Positions 50,122 through 63,588 of a DNA stretch of 64,000 bases are shown here, piece by piece. Position numbers and translations under genes: made by a program. Every line of letters begins with the position of its first letter. The stretch's first letter is position 1. The stretch comes from Monocercomonoides exilis PA203 (taxonomy: Eukaryota; Protista; Preaxostyla), in assembly GCA_001643675.2 (NCBI GenBank), contig LSRY02000014.1:248001-312000 (forward strand). The letters are read 5' to 3'. The notes under the pieces are model-generated. The model was not told where the DNA came from and searched no databases. It saw nothing but the letters and a program-made list of their open reading frames with translations.

Positions 50122-53100
50122 ATGATTATTGTTCTTTTCTATTTAATTCTCATGAGCTGCTCGACAGAAAGTCCAAAATCTGACGATCAAGGTCAAAGTT
50201 CAATAAAGACTGAAAACATTGATTGCTTTGAAAAGAGGAGTGATGAGAAGCCTTTTTTATCAAATAGCATTAAACATAAGTGCGGGATTGAAGGATCTTC
50301 ATTCACAAAAGAGATTGGAAAAACAAAAGGAAATCATCATCAAAAGTTGAGTTTTAGTCAGATAACTTCGCAATTGGGCTTGACAAACACCTCGCTGACA
50401 ACGCAGAAGATTCATTTTGATCAAAGCAGCGTTCATTCAATTATTGATGCTGGAAGGCAGTCGCTTGTTTTTGTTGATCAATGTGTGATAGCTATTTCGC
50501 CGTTCTGAATCAAATATGTTCAGGAGCTCTGCCAGCACATTTCTCATCAAAAACTTGACACTTCTCTCATTAGCACCAATTGTACGTGTTTCTTCTCTTG
50601 TTGGACCTGGAAATCGGTTGCCCGTTGAAACTCAAGAAAATGATGTGAACATTGTTGAATCGTCATTTATGTCATTTGCGCTGTCTGAGATTCCATTTGT
50701 TTCATCTGCGCCTTCTTCGATTATAACGATCGTTCATTCAGTTTTTGCTAACATGACTGCAACAGGACCAAGAGATTTTCGAACAGCTTGTGATAAGTGT
50801 TGTTGCTTGGCGATAATTCACTCTTGCAGTTTTTCAGAGGTGGATAACGTTCTGGATGGAGAAATAGTGAGTTCAATTAATGGGCAATCAGCGATGGATG
50901 CCTTTAACACTTCATTCTCTCGTTGCAGGAAGACCGGAAATGACTTAAAGATTGAAGGAAACGAAACAATGAAGAAGCAAGATCTTGGAGCGAGAAATGA
51001 CACTCTTCAATTCATTGCATGCGAATGGCACAACACTTCATCAGCCTTTACAAATGAATCATTTTCTGATAGCAATACAGAATACTCTGGAGGGGCTATC
51101 GGAATTTATGGGGGAGATAATTGCTCAGCAATTGTTGAAGATTGCTTGTTTGACACATGCACTTGCCAGAGATACGGAGGAGCAATCATGGTATATTGTG
51201 GGAAGAGTGTTCAATGGAAAGGAAATGTGTTTGAAAAATGCAAATCACATAATTATGGTGGAATTACTCTGCTGTTTAATATCAAAAAATGCACATTTAT
51301 TGAAGATTGCGTTTGCCGAAATACATCTGCCGTAGCTTATTGTGGTGGGATAAGAATTCAAAACTGCCGCTCAACAGGCTGTGAAGAAGACGGCCCAATT
51401 GTTAATAGATGTTATTTTGATTCATGCGATGTTAAAATCAGCATTGGAGGTGGAGCACTTTTATTTTATGAAATGTCATATACAATGAAAACACATGAAT
51501 GCACTTTTAAGAACTCGACAGCTTCCTTTGGAGGTGGAGTTTACTTTTATTTTTCAAGTTCAGGAACAATAGATTACCAAATGATTGCCTTTTCTTTCTT
51601 TTTCAACAACTCCGCTTATGACAAAAAAGGGAATGATATATATATATGACAATGCATCTATCATTGGGGAGAATTTCATTTTGTGTGTTTCTTCTTTTTC
51701 AACAAGAGCGGAAGGAAACAGAGTGTATCACTCAGCACTTGGAGAAAAAAACAGTTGGCTTCCGAATGGGATACTGGAACGATTTGTGAAAAAAGATGGG
51801 GTTGACAAAGAGTTTTGTGGCATTGATGAGGGTTCTGCATGCCAGTCAATAGAATATGCAGTGGAGAGCTTTTCAGATTCTGGGGAACAGCGATTGAAGC
51901 TGCTGGAGAGCGTGTTTTCACCAAAAAGTGAAGTGTCCAGACCTCTGAGGGATATCGTTGTGAGAGGCGTTGCTCAGGAGCAGTGTGTGATCAAGACTGA
52001 AAATCTTCCTGGCCAGTTCTTGTTTGAGGTGTCGAGTGGATCGCTGTTGGGGTCGAATTTCAGTGTGGAGCATTCTGCAGCAAAACAAGGGATGACACTC
52101 TTTGCAGTGAGCTCAGTGGGAAAGATGAAACTGAACAGAATGAAGCTGTTTGCATCTGAAGATCATAGATCTGTACTTCCATTCACATCCCCGCTGATTA
52201 TTTGCTCAGGAGATGGAACACTGAATGTGGACGAGCTTCAGATAAGTGGGTTCTTCTTGAGTAATTGCTCTGTGTTTAATTCGCTGGTGGGAGGCATTGA
52301 GATGAAGAATGTGCTGGTTGAGAACCTCCAAAGGCTTCATGGAAATGGAAGTGTTGTCAGTGAGGTGGTTGGAAGTGGTGAAATGGTTGATCTGAGCAAT
52401 GTGTCACTGAACAATTGCAGCTGCCAAGAAGGAGATGGTGGGGGCTTTTGCATTCGAGTGAAGAGAGGAGGTTCATTGAGGGTGGGGAACTGGAGCAAAA
52501 CAGCTTTGAAACAGTGCAGTGTGGCAGATGAGGAAACAAAGAAAGGAAAAGGGGGAGGGATGATGATTTGTGTGGAAGATGGAGGAGAGGATATTATTCT
52601 TGGGGATGTGCAGTTCAGTGGATGCTCGGGTTGGTGGGGAAGGAATGTGTTTGTGGAGGCGAGGGAATTGTCGAGGGTTGTGAGCAGCACGAGTGTGTTG
52701 TTTGGCACAACAAAGATGGAAGACAAAGATATGATGGGAATGGAGGATGGATGTGGAGAAGAGGCTGTGCCGCTGCTGGCATATTTGGCTGTGTTTGGAG
52801 GGAGCGGATATGTGGGAGGGAGTGGGATGAGGGATTTCAGTGGATGCGGAACCAAGAATTATCCCTGCCGCACAATTGGAAAAGTGGTTCACTTGCGATT
52901 TGGAGATGGAAAGAGAGCGATTGTGATGCAAGAAGGGTTTGTGTGGAAGGAAGAGACGGTGATGGGAAATGAAGAGTGGGAATTGAAATGTGTGAGCGAA
53001 AGAACAGCTGTGCGAGTAGAGTGCCCAGAGACGCTCAGTGGGGAAGCAGTGATTGTGAGCCAAATGAAAACGTCAATGACAAACATTCGATTTCAGCTGA

Positions 53101-56100
53101 CTCCATTTCGGGGTTCAAGTGAGAAGGTGTTTGTGGAGTGCCAAGCAGGGAGCATGCTATTGTCGTATTGTGAAGCAGAGATGGCAGAGAGTGGAGATGA
53201 GCTGATGAACACTTTTGCAAAGGCAAGTGGGGGACTGCTGAAATTTGTGAACTTCAAGATGAGAAACGTTGTCTTGGGGGATATTTCAGCGATTGTTGGT
53301 GTTGAGAGCGAAGCTGGAACAGAGCTGGTGATGGAAAATTGCTTGTTTGATTCTGTGGAATTGGATGGAGGATGTGCTGTGAGTGTGAGCAATGTGAATG
53401 TGATGAATGCGACAAAAAGCAATTTCACAAGCATCACTCGTGCAACTGGAGATGGAGGAGGGATGAGTGTTACTGTTAGTGGGGAGACTGAATTGCATTC
53501 TGTACTCATTGAAGAGTGCGTGTTCAATGCTTGCTCAGTGAATGAAAATGGAAAGGGAGGAGGAGGGATGCACTTGCACATTGCAAAGACGAATGTTGTG
53601 AAAGTGAACAAGTGTTCGTTTTGCTTGTGCACAGCAACAGCTGCACCTGGAAAGGGATTGTGGGGAGGGATTCTGATTAAAGTGGTTGATGCTGATGCAA
53701 ACTTTGTGGTGTCTTTGCCATCATTTGGCGAAGGCGGAGCGAATAGCGCAGAACATGGAAATGATCTATTTATAGAATCTCCAAATCTGACAGAGAGTGT
53801 GATCGAAGAAAGATTTCCATTTGGAAAATACATGCAGTTGTCTGAAGTGGATGGGATGAGAGGCTTTGATGGGGCTGATCGTTTGAATGCCATACCACTT
53901 GTGTATTTGCTGCACGATGTTGGAGTCACGATTTCCGCATCCTCGACGAATGGACTGGATGTGGCTGGATGCGGATTTGTTGAGTATCCGTGCAGAACAG
54001 TGGGATATTCGTTCCAGAGGCAGCAGGAGCAAGAAAAAGATGTGGAGGTTGTGGGAGTGTTTGAGCTGAATGAGAGTGTTTCTTTGAGCCACGAGAAAGG
54101 GTGCTTTGTTCATGGAAAAAGTGAAATGAGCGAAGTGATTGTGCATGGAAGCGCCTCTGGTGAAACAGGGCTTCTGCATATGAAAGGAAATGGGCAGCCG
54201 AATTCTTGTGTGAAGCTGTTATTATTTTCTGTTCCCAGATCTGTCCAGGAGCATGAGGCGCTTTTCAGCCAAGAAAGCAAGGGAACAATGAGAATTGAGA
54301 ACTGCTCATTTCGATCTCAGAACGAAGGTGCAACACACACATTTTGTGCTATTGTTGCGAACAATGGAAAGACAGAGCTGGTGTTTGTGACAGTTGACAA
54401 TATGTGTTTTTCAGGGAGTCAACTGATGAGGATAGAGGGAGCAGCAGCTGTAGATATTGCGAATATGAAATCTCTGAATGCCACAACCTCGTCCGAAATG
54501 GGATTGGTGTATGTCTGCGGAGCAGAAGCTCAACTGAATGTTAAGAATTCTGTGTTTGATAATGAAGGGTCAGGAAAGGAATGCAGGATTATCAATTCAT
54601 GTGGAGCCAACGGTGTTATATTGGAGGAATGTGTGCTTAAATCAGGAATCGTGAGAGGAAGGAACGGATCAGCTGTCTGTTGCGTTGTGGGTGAGGAACA
54701 AATATTGAAGATAGTTGGAGGAAACTTCGAGAGCTGTGAAAGCACAGGGGGAAATGGAGGAGGAATATTTGTGAAAGTGAAGGCAGGAGGTTTGGCAGAG
54801 TTGGGAAACACTTCATCTGTGCAGGCTATTGAGTGTTCGGATTGCCATGCAAGAAGTGTGGAGGATAGTGGAGGGCGTGGAGGAGGGATGTATTTGTCTG
54901 TGGATGATGAGGTGAAAGCATTCTGCATTCAGAATGCGGTGTTTGATGGTTGCAGCGCAACAAGAGGAGGGAATTGGGTGTTTGTGGAAGGCAAAGAGCT
55001 AAAGAGGATTGTGAATGGAACGGCAATTGGATTTGAGTTTGAGAAGGCAGTTGAGATTGCGAGGTTGGATGATGTTGGAGGGTGTGAGTTGAGCGCAGTG
55101 GAACAAGTGATCCCACTGGCAGTGCTGTTTCGAGGGATGCCAGCTGTGGGATATGTGGGCGGAAATGGGATTGATTATGAAGTTTGTGGATTCAAAGACT
55201 TTGCATGCAAAACGATAGAACATGCGGGAAGTGTGCTTTTTGGAAAGAAAAATGCAACATTGAAGCTGCAGAGCTCATTTGTGTTTGAGAAAGATATTAT
55301 TTTGGATGCACAACCGATGGATATTTGCGGAGAAGCGAACAGCACATTGATCAAAGTGAAAGAGGATGAAAATTGGGCTGGGAAAGGAATGATTGAAACA
55401 CAGCACGATATCAGATTGCACGGAATGGTATTTCAGCTGCCACGATCAGAAGGAGATGGAAGAGAAAAATGGATGATGTGTTGCAACTCAATGAGTCTGA
55501 AGATTGAAAAGTGCCATTTTGTGAATGAAAGTGGTGTTGTTGGGATGGGGATTGTGGCTGTTTCAGGAGGCAGAATGGAAATGACACATTGCAGAATTGA
55601 GGGGTGTGTGTTTGTGAAGGCAGGAGTTATATTGTTTGATGGAAATGAGGCTGAAGGAGTGCTGGATGGTCTTTATATGAGAAATGTTGGAGTCAGTGAA
55701 GAAGGGAGTGTTGTGAGGGCGAAGGCAGGAGTAAATGTTGAGATTGCAAACAGCGAATTTCGAGAAAGAAATGAGACAGATGGGAATGTGATCAGAGTGG
55801 AAGGAGATATCAGCGTGGGGATGAGGAACAGCACATTTTCTGGGTTGAAGCGAGGAGCAGGAAATGGAGGAGCGATTGATGGAAAAGTCGGGGAAGCAGA
55901 GAGGGTGGAGATTGTGAACTGCACATTGGAGCACAATGGATGTGATACGGGAGGGTCACGAGGTGGAAGTGTGCTTGTGGAAGTGGATGATGGAGGGTAT
56001 TTTGGATTTGATGAAAACACTGTGAACCGCAGTACAGTTCCATCGGGAAGTGGACTTGGAGGAGGGCTGTATGTGAACTTGTGGGGAACTGGATCAGAAT

Positions 56101-59100
56101 ACTCGATGAAGAAGATCGTGTTTGATGAGAATGGAGCATCGAAGGGGAAAGATGTGTTTGTGGAGTGCATTCAACCTCGACTGATGATTGTTGGGGTGCA
56201 CTGGAATGGATCAGCACAGAACAATACAGCAGAAGATCGGCTGTGGGTGCTTGATCGATTGTCAGAGGCCACAGAGGGGGTGACGATGATGGAGTATCTG
56301 TTTCCGAGCTCTTCGCGATTTGTATTTGTGAATGGAAATGGGAGCAATTCGACACTGTGCGGGTATCGAGAGCTTCCATGTGAATCTGTTGATTTGGGAT
56401 TTCAGCTGATGAACACCACGCATTCCATCATCCAGCTGCAAGCAACAACGCCAGTGAGTGGGCAGATTGATCGAGATGGAGACTCGTTGACCATCCAAGG
56501 AGACGAAAGCAAACCATTGCTTGCGATTGGGGGAGATGCGCAGTTTGTGCTGAGCAGTGGTGAGGCACTGACGCAACTTGTGTTTTCTGATGTGAACTTT
56601 GACCTTTCAGGAGTGAATGGAGGTGGAAGTGCTTTCGATTGTGTTGTTGAAGCGTGTGCTGGACAGTGTTCATTTGTTGGCGATATCTTTTGGAGTGGTG
56701 GAGAGGAGGGAAATGGAGCTTGTGAGAAGTGGATTGTTGTTGGAAAAGGGAGCACAGTCAGATTTGATGATTGCGAAGTGAGGAGTGTGAAGTTTTTTGG
56801 AGAAAGAGGGATCATTCAGGCGAGAAGTGGAACTGTCATACTGACAAAAACACTAATCACAGGATGTTCAGGGAGAGAAGGAAGTGGCCTTGTTGTTGTG
56901 TGTGTTGGAAGCAGTTGCACAGCAGATGGATGCACTGTGGATAACTGCTGGTGCACAGGTGATGGAGGCGGATGGAAGATTGAAACAGGGGGGAGAATGA
57001 AGATAGCGAATGGGAGCACAATTTCTGGTTGCAAGTCAGTGGAAGGAAGGGGAGGAGGAGGGAGCTGCGTTGTGGGATTGGGAGGAGAGTTAATAACGAA
57101 GGGGGTGCATGTGGAGAGGTGTTCTGTGGATGAGGGGAAATGGAGAGGTGGAGGAATATTTGTTCAAGTTGAGGGAGCAGATGGAAAAGGGATGAATCTG
57201 AGGGAAGTGTGGTTTAAGGAGAACAAAGGAAAAGAAGGGAAAGATCTGTTTTTGGAATGTGTTGACTTGAACAACACTGCCACACAGGCATCGATTGCTA
57301 TTGATTTGTTTGATGAAAATGGAGTGAGAATTGCAGATATGGCTGGGGTGGATGAAGTGAACTTCGATGAGAGTGTTGATTTGATGTTGTTCCTTGTGGA
57401 GCGTCGAGCGAGTGTGGTGGTTGTGGATGGAGGAAAGGGAGTTGATGTGAATGGGTGTGGAAGCGAGGCTTTTCCTTGCAAATCGATCTGGAGTGGAGTG
57501 GGGCACTTTGACGATTCATCCGAGAGATACTTGCAGATTGTGAATGTGGGGAGCATCGAAGACTGTTATGAGTTTCTGGAGGAAACAAGTGTTGTTGGAG
57601 TGACTGGAGGAGAACGAGAGAAAGTGATTTTGGTAATTCAAGGAAATCCAAAGAGAGATGGAGTGTTTGAAGCAGTATTGACAGCACGTGCAAGTCTGAC
57701 AATTGGCAAGGTCTCGTTGGAATTGCCAAGCAAACTGGAAAACGAATTGAAAGTGGCAATCATCTCAAAGACAGGAACGCTAACTCTTGAAAGCTGTCAA
57801 ATCGTGTGTGATGCCGAAATGAAGTTTGGAGTGATTGAGGCAAGTGGCAATGGAGTGGAATTGATAAATTGTCAGATGGAGTCTTCGAGTTTTTCAGTTG
57901 TTCCGTTTCTTCTTCTTTCAAGAGCAGTGATTGAAGGATGCAATTTCACTGGAATCAGAACAGAAGTTGGAAAGAAAGGAGGAGTGGCTGAGATTGAAGT
58001 TGGAAGGGAAGAGAATGTTGTTGTGAACAGATCGCGGCTGATGAAGTGCGGATGCAGTATTGAAGACGGAAAGGGGGGATTTGCTTTCTTGAACACCACA
58101 AACACAGAGGAAAGTCCGCGATTTGTGTTTGAAGGACTGGTGTTTGATCAGAATGAAGCATGGCTGGGAAGGAATGTGTTTATTGTTGATTGTGATCTCA
58201 ATGAGTCTGTGAATCAGGATGCATTCAGATTCAATTATGGGAGTGGAGAAGGAGACACAGATGGGAACATGTTTGTGGGGAGCGATAGCAAGTTTGCTGA
58301 AACTGATTTATTGAGGTTCCTTGTTTCATATAAGGGATGGGAGGTGTATGTTGGAAAAGAAGGTTTTGATGTGGCAAGGTGTGGAAGACAAGAAGAGCCA
58401 TGCAATTCGTTTTGGAAAGGGATGGAACAACTGAAAAGCGAAGGGGAATCTCGTTTCATGTTCGTTTCTGGAGAAACAGTTATTCGGGATGAGTATGATT
58501 TGGAAGAATTTGAAATGAAATCGGATGGGAAGAGAGACGAGTCAAAGAAGAGCAGAGTTGTGTTTGAAAAGAAAGCAAGTGTGGGAGAATTGTGGTTTAT
58601 CAGGAGTCATGGCGGAGTGCTTGTGGAAGATATATGCTTTGAGCAGACAGAAGCGTTTGAAGAACATGTAAAAGCTCTTATTTGGAACGAAGGAGGTCTG
58701 TTGAACCTCAGTGACTGTTCATTTGTTTCAGTTGCGAAAGATGGGAGTGAGTTTTCCTGCTCGCTTGTGTTTGCAAAACAAGGGGTGCTGATTGTGCAGT
58801 TGTTCAGGATGGAGTCGAGCAACATTGGCGACAGTGTGTTTGCTGTTGGGGATGAGGCCACATGTGTGATTGAGAAAGCAACTATTTCCGGAGTGAACAT
58901 GAATTGTGATGCGATTGTGAAGATTGTTGGAGAGGAACATGCACTTGGAAGATTCGAAACAAATCTTGTTGGAAGCGTTGAACTCAAGGATTGCATTCTG
59001 GATGATGTTCAAGGAAGGAGCGATCGGTGCAGCGTCATGCGAACAGACACAGGAAAGGAAGTGATGATGAAGGTGAATGGAAGCGTTGCAAGCGACTGCA

Positions 59101-62100
59101 GAGCAAAGCAAAGCTTGCAAGGAGGGGTAATGGAGCTGTGGATTAATGGAGGTGGAAGGATGAACATGGTGAACAGCAGTGTTGTTCGGTGCAGCTGTTC
59201 AGATACCGGCAAGGGAGGAGGGGTGTATGTGGGGAGCAATGAGACGGGAGTGCTGGATTTTGAGTTCAGGACGATGGTGTTTGTGGCGAATACAGCAGGG
59301 GTTGGGTGTGATATTTTTGTTCAGTGCTTCAGCATATCGTCGCAGATCAATGAAACGCAATTTCGATTTGACCTCAGGAAGATCTCGGATCAAGAAAAAG
59401 GGATTTGTGGGATAGACAGCACAGAGCACAAGACAGACACGAATCTTCTGGATTTCATCACTGTATATCTTTCGGATACTATATATATTTGCTCAGAGCG
59501 ATACGGCGGAGGGAAGAATGATCGCCAATGTGGTGCGCCCTTGCTTCCGTGTGCCACGATTGATTATGCGTTGGATCATTTGACTGGGGAATATGTGAGT
59601 GAAATGTATGTTGTGGAGCAGGCAAATCTCGAAGGTGAAGCGGAGCTGAATGAAATGGAACTTTCTTCGCGACTGAGAAATCCATGTGTTGTTAATGTTT
59701 GTGCATCCATCAACGGAACAAGCGACTGCATTATTCAGGCAATCAACAACGTTGCCATAAGTCGAGTGTACTTTGAGTATTGTTCGACTTCAAGTGATTC
59801 GCACTCGTCATTCCTATGTGTGAAGAGTGGTCTTTCAACATTGGGCAGTTGCTCATTTCGAAGCAGTTCAATGATTTCAGAAAGAGTTTCTGTTGGATAT
59901 CACATTATTCGAGTGGTTGACGGAGGTTGCATGCTGGAACGATGCACTGTGTCTGAATTGCATCTCACAGTGAGCGCTATCAACGGGGAATCTGATTCAA
60001 TCAGCATTATTTCGAGTGTGTTTGGAGATGTATCATTTGAAGAGCCTGTCATATCACTAACTTCAAAAGTGTTGGTGGAATCGAAGGATGAAAAAAGGAT
60101 ATCGCTGCTTCAGAGTGTGAGGGTTGAAAATGTCACACAACAAAGTGATCAAGTGCCATTGGAATTCAGTGAGTTAATTCATCAATTGGAGCTGTCAAAT
60201 TGCTCAGTGAGCATCGCCATCACTAAAGGGAATGGTTCTTGCGCAATGGATATCAATAAATGCACAAGCGCTTCAATGGATTTGTGTTTGTTTGATGGAT
60301 TGAGAAACAAAGATGGAAAAGAGAAGGACGAAAATACTGACCTGGATGGAATATGCAAATGGAATGAGTCGCTGATTCGGCTGAGTAATTCAAATGTGAT
60401 GATGAAGGTTACGAGTGTTGTTAACTCTTCCATTGGTGGTATTTCTGTTTGTGGAGGAAGTGTTGAGATTGAGAAAGGAGAGTTCATTGAAAACAATCCC
60501 TTGATATCAAATTATCCATCACTAAGAAGAAATATCATTTGCTCAGATTCAGGAGTGTTGAATGTGAGGAGTTTGAAAGGAGGAGATGGATTGGAGAGAA
60601 ATACATCACTTTGGATATTGAATGAAGGGTGCGAGTTGAGTGGGATAGTTTCTGAGAGAGCATCACCACTATTCATCCCAGTTGTGGAAGAGGCGAGGAA
60701 TGAGACAGCATCTGAGGGAAGAACAATCATCACGCTGAGTGGGAGACTTCTTCTCCCCTGCAATGTTTCGTTGAAGTTGAGCTTCAGGAATGGAAGGGAA
60801 GAGGTGGTTGAGAGCTATGGGATTGGTGAAAAGGAAAGTGTGTCAGAGAACGAAATTGTTGCAGTTGTTTCATCGGCACAGATGGGAGCAGTGGGAGCAG
60901 AGACAGAAGTGAGTGTGAGTCTTCTGTTTGGAAAGATTGATTCGCCTTCATCGACTGATTCGTTTATCCTGAAGAACAGAAGCGAAACCCAAGGAAAAGG
61001 AGATGACAGAATTGTTGAAGGAGGGAAAGAAGGAAAATCATTTTGGCCAATAATTGTTGTTGTCATGGCAATAATCCTTTTAATTGTTCTTGTTGTTTCA
61101 GTTGTTGTGACAATTCGGTGGAGGAAGGTGAAGAATGAAGCAGAAGATCTGAGAGAGATTGTGAATGACAACATCAGAAAAGATCCAAAGGCATTTGAGA
61201 TGGTGACGATGGAGATGTCGCCTGAGGCGCAGTGGAGGAGAGCTGAGAGGGAAGCTGAAAAGAAGAACGATGAGAGGATAAAGAAGAGGGTGTATGAGAA
61301 CAGCTTGGGGCATTCTGAGTCATCAGAGCATCTTCTATCTGAGAGTGGTTCCACTGAATACATTTTGGGAAGAGACTCAGACAAGATCCCTCAATGGATG
61401 CTGGAGAAGGTGGATGAGAAAGAAGTTGAGGAAGAGACAAGAAAGCGAACGCCATCACCTTCCATTTTATCCACCTCAACCACTTCAACAACTGATTCAG
61501 ATTCCACATTTGTTCGAATGGAGGATATGTGCCCCACCACCTCTTCAATGTCGAATCTGGTGGATGCAATGGCATGCTCGTCTCCACATGAAAAATTGAT
61601 TGTGGATCTGAGGGATTCTCTGTTCATGCTGCTTCATGGAAGGAATGAGAAGAAGGAAATGGCGATTGGGAGTCTTCAGGAAAGAGAACAGACAGCTGCA
61701 CAGATACTATTCTGGGTGGCGAATCTGGCACTCCATTCATTTGACGAAATGGAGAATCCTCTTTCTTCTCTCACCAATCTCAGTCCGCACATTGTGTTAT
61801 TCTCCGAACACATGGTCATCTGCATTGTGATGCATTCAGACTTCTCATCTTCAGACTCAGATTCATCATCGATCTCATCAACAACAGTTGTGACATCTGC
61901 CAGTGATGATGATGATGATGATGATGACTCTCTGCCTTCATCAGCGTTTGAGGATGAGGATGATTTCAAAAAAGAGTGCTTGAGGTGGAAGGCGCCAGAG
62001 CTGCTGGTGAACAAGAAGATGGGAGCGACAAAGGAGTCAGTGGCATTCTCAATTGGGATGATGGTGTGGGAGTGTCTGACGCTGGAGGTTCCGTTTGGGG

Positions 62101-62369
62101 AGTATGGAGCAGAGGTGGCGGGGCAGAAGATTGTGAATGGGGAGAAGCCGGATGTGAGGAGGGTGTGCGGGAGCAGCTTGGCGGGTGTGGTGAAGGGGTG
62201 CCTGTCGCAAGACTGGGGGCAGCGGCCGAGTGTGAACGAGCTGAAGCGGGAGTTTATTGTGCGGTTTCCGAAAGGGGCAGCAATCATGACGATGACAGAC
62301 GCGATCTGTGTTCGGGAAGAGTCCATGGCTGGGCTGAACAGAAGCATGATGAGCGAGTCGGAGGAGTGA
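50122..62369 (+). pseudogene. Giant type-I membrane receptor-like protein with degenerate TKL-like kinase domain (~4080 aa reconstructed), interrupted by two frameshifts
   Basis: Signal peptide MIIVLFYLILMSC at 50122; GGAI/GGG and FxxN beta-helix-type repeats; eight CG-x4/5-(P/A)C modules; TM helix at 61041-61115; kinase C-lobe 'RWKAPELL...FSIGMMVWECLTLEVPF...RPS'. Three consecutive ORFs lie in three frames, with breaks at ~50492-50506 and ~51636-51647. Confidence 0.85.
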
Positions 62370-63364
62370 GAGGATGTGGATTGGAAATTTGCAAGCAGGA
62401 GAGCAAAAGAGCAGGAGAGCAATGAAAATGAGACAATGAAGACAATGCAAGGTGTTTTTGCCATTCACAACAACATCCTCCAAAAATAGAGCATCGAGAG
62501 GAATTTGGCAAGAGGAATGCAAAAGGAGGATGATTGAAAGGGAAATGGCTGTTGGGGCAGAAGCCTTTGAGAGGAATGGACATGGTGAAAGGAGGAGAGA
62601 TGAAGTGATGCACCCTCTCAAAAAAAGAGTCGGAATGAAAAGATGAGCTGGATTTGTTTGAAGGAAGTGAGCCAACTTTGTGGAATGGAGTTGAGGAGAG
62701 TTTTGTTTTTCTGTCAGATTTTCAACACAAATTATTTTATTGTTTTTTCATTTTTCGTTTTTGTTTGCTTTTCAAAGTTTGTTGTGGAGCAGCATGATTT
62801 GCGAGTTGTGCTGCCTGTTTGAGTTCTGATGCGATGTTGATTTGAGACAATTAATCTTTGAATATTTCCTTCCACTTTTCTTCTTTTTCTTTGTTGTTGT
62901 TATTGCTGTTGTTGTGTTTGAATGGAGTTTGTCACGAAGTGATTTGTGAACAAAAACTGCTGGGCATTGTTCGTTATGGGATGCTTTTTCCTCAATCAGT
63001 TTCTCCTTGTCAGTTTTTGAATGCACATTGATTTTTCGATGGATTTCACAATCCACTTGGCTGATGAGACTCAAAAAATATCCTATCCCATGTCATTTAA
63101 TCCATCATAGAAAACAAAAGAAAATACTCAGAACAGAGACTTCCAATAATTTTTTTTTCTCAATTCAAAACACAAAAGAAAGAAGCTTCACTGCTTTAAA
63201 GATGAAAATATCTCAACTGTTTTTTATGAATGACTTTTCCCTCACGTTCAAGAAAAATAATCAAATGATTAAGGAAAAAGACAGTTTCGTTTTTTATTGA
63301 CAAACAAAATCCATATTCAAAAAAGATAAAAAATATGAGTTTTCTCGCAATCAAAAGCTAAATA

Positions 63365-63579
63365 ATGTGGTTGTTCCGTTTCGAAATTATTCTTTCGTTC
63401 GAGTTTTGATCAAAATTTTTTCTCAATGGAAACACGTATTTTTGTTTTTCTCTGAAGACTATTTTGAAATTCGTGTTCGTGGGATTTCAGCACTTTTTCC
63501 CATTAATCCCATTGAGAAATAAATTTTTTTTTTGATCAAAACTCGAACGAAAGAATGTTTCAAAAAGGAACTGCCAAAT
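63365..63579. repeat. Foldback inverted repeat (MITE-like palindrome)
   Basis: 63389-63429 (ATTCTTTCGTTCGAGTTTTGATCAAAATTTTTTCTCAATGG) is the reverse complement of 63509-63556 apart from an indel in the A/T run. Weaker pairing extends ~25 nt outward; spacer ~79 nt. Confidence 0.85.
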
Positions 63580-63588
63580 ATCTTTGAA

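Noticed and set aside
51676-62675. Many minus-strand Pro/Ser/Thr/His-rich ORFs
   Set aside because: Antisense shadows of the Gly/Val/Glu-rich receptor ORF.
62772-63100. Possible remnant of a receptor-pseudokinase cytoplasmic region ('AVFVHKSLRDKLHS') on the minus strand
   Set aside because: Resemblance is too short and degenerate to support.
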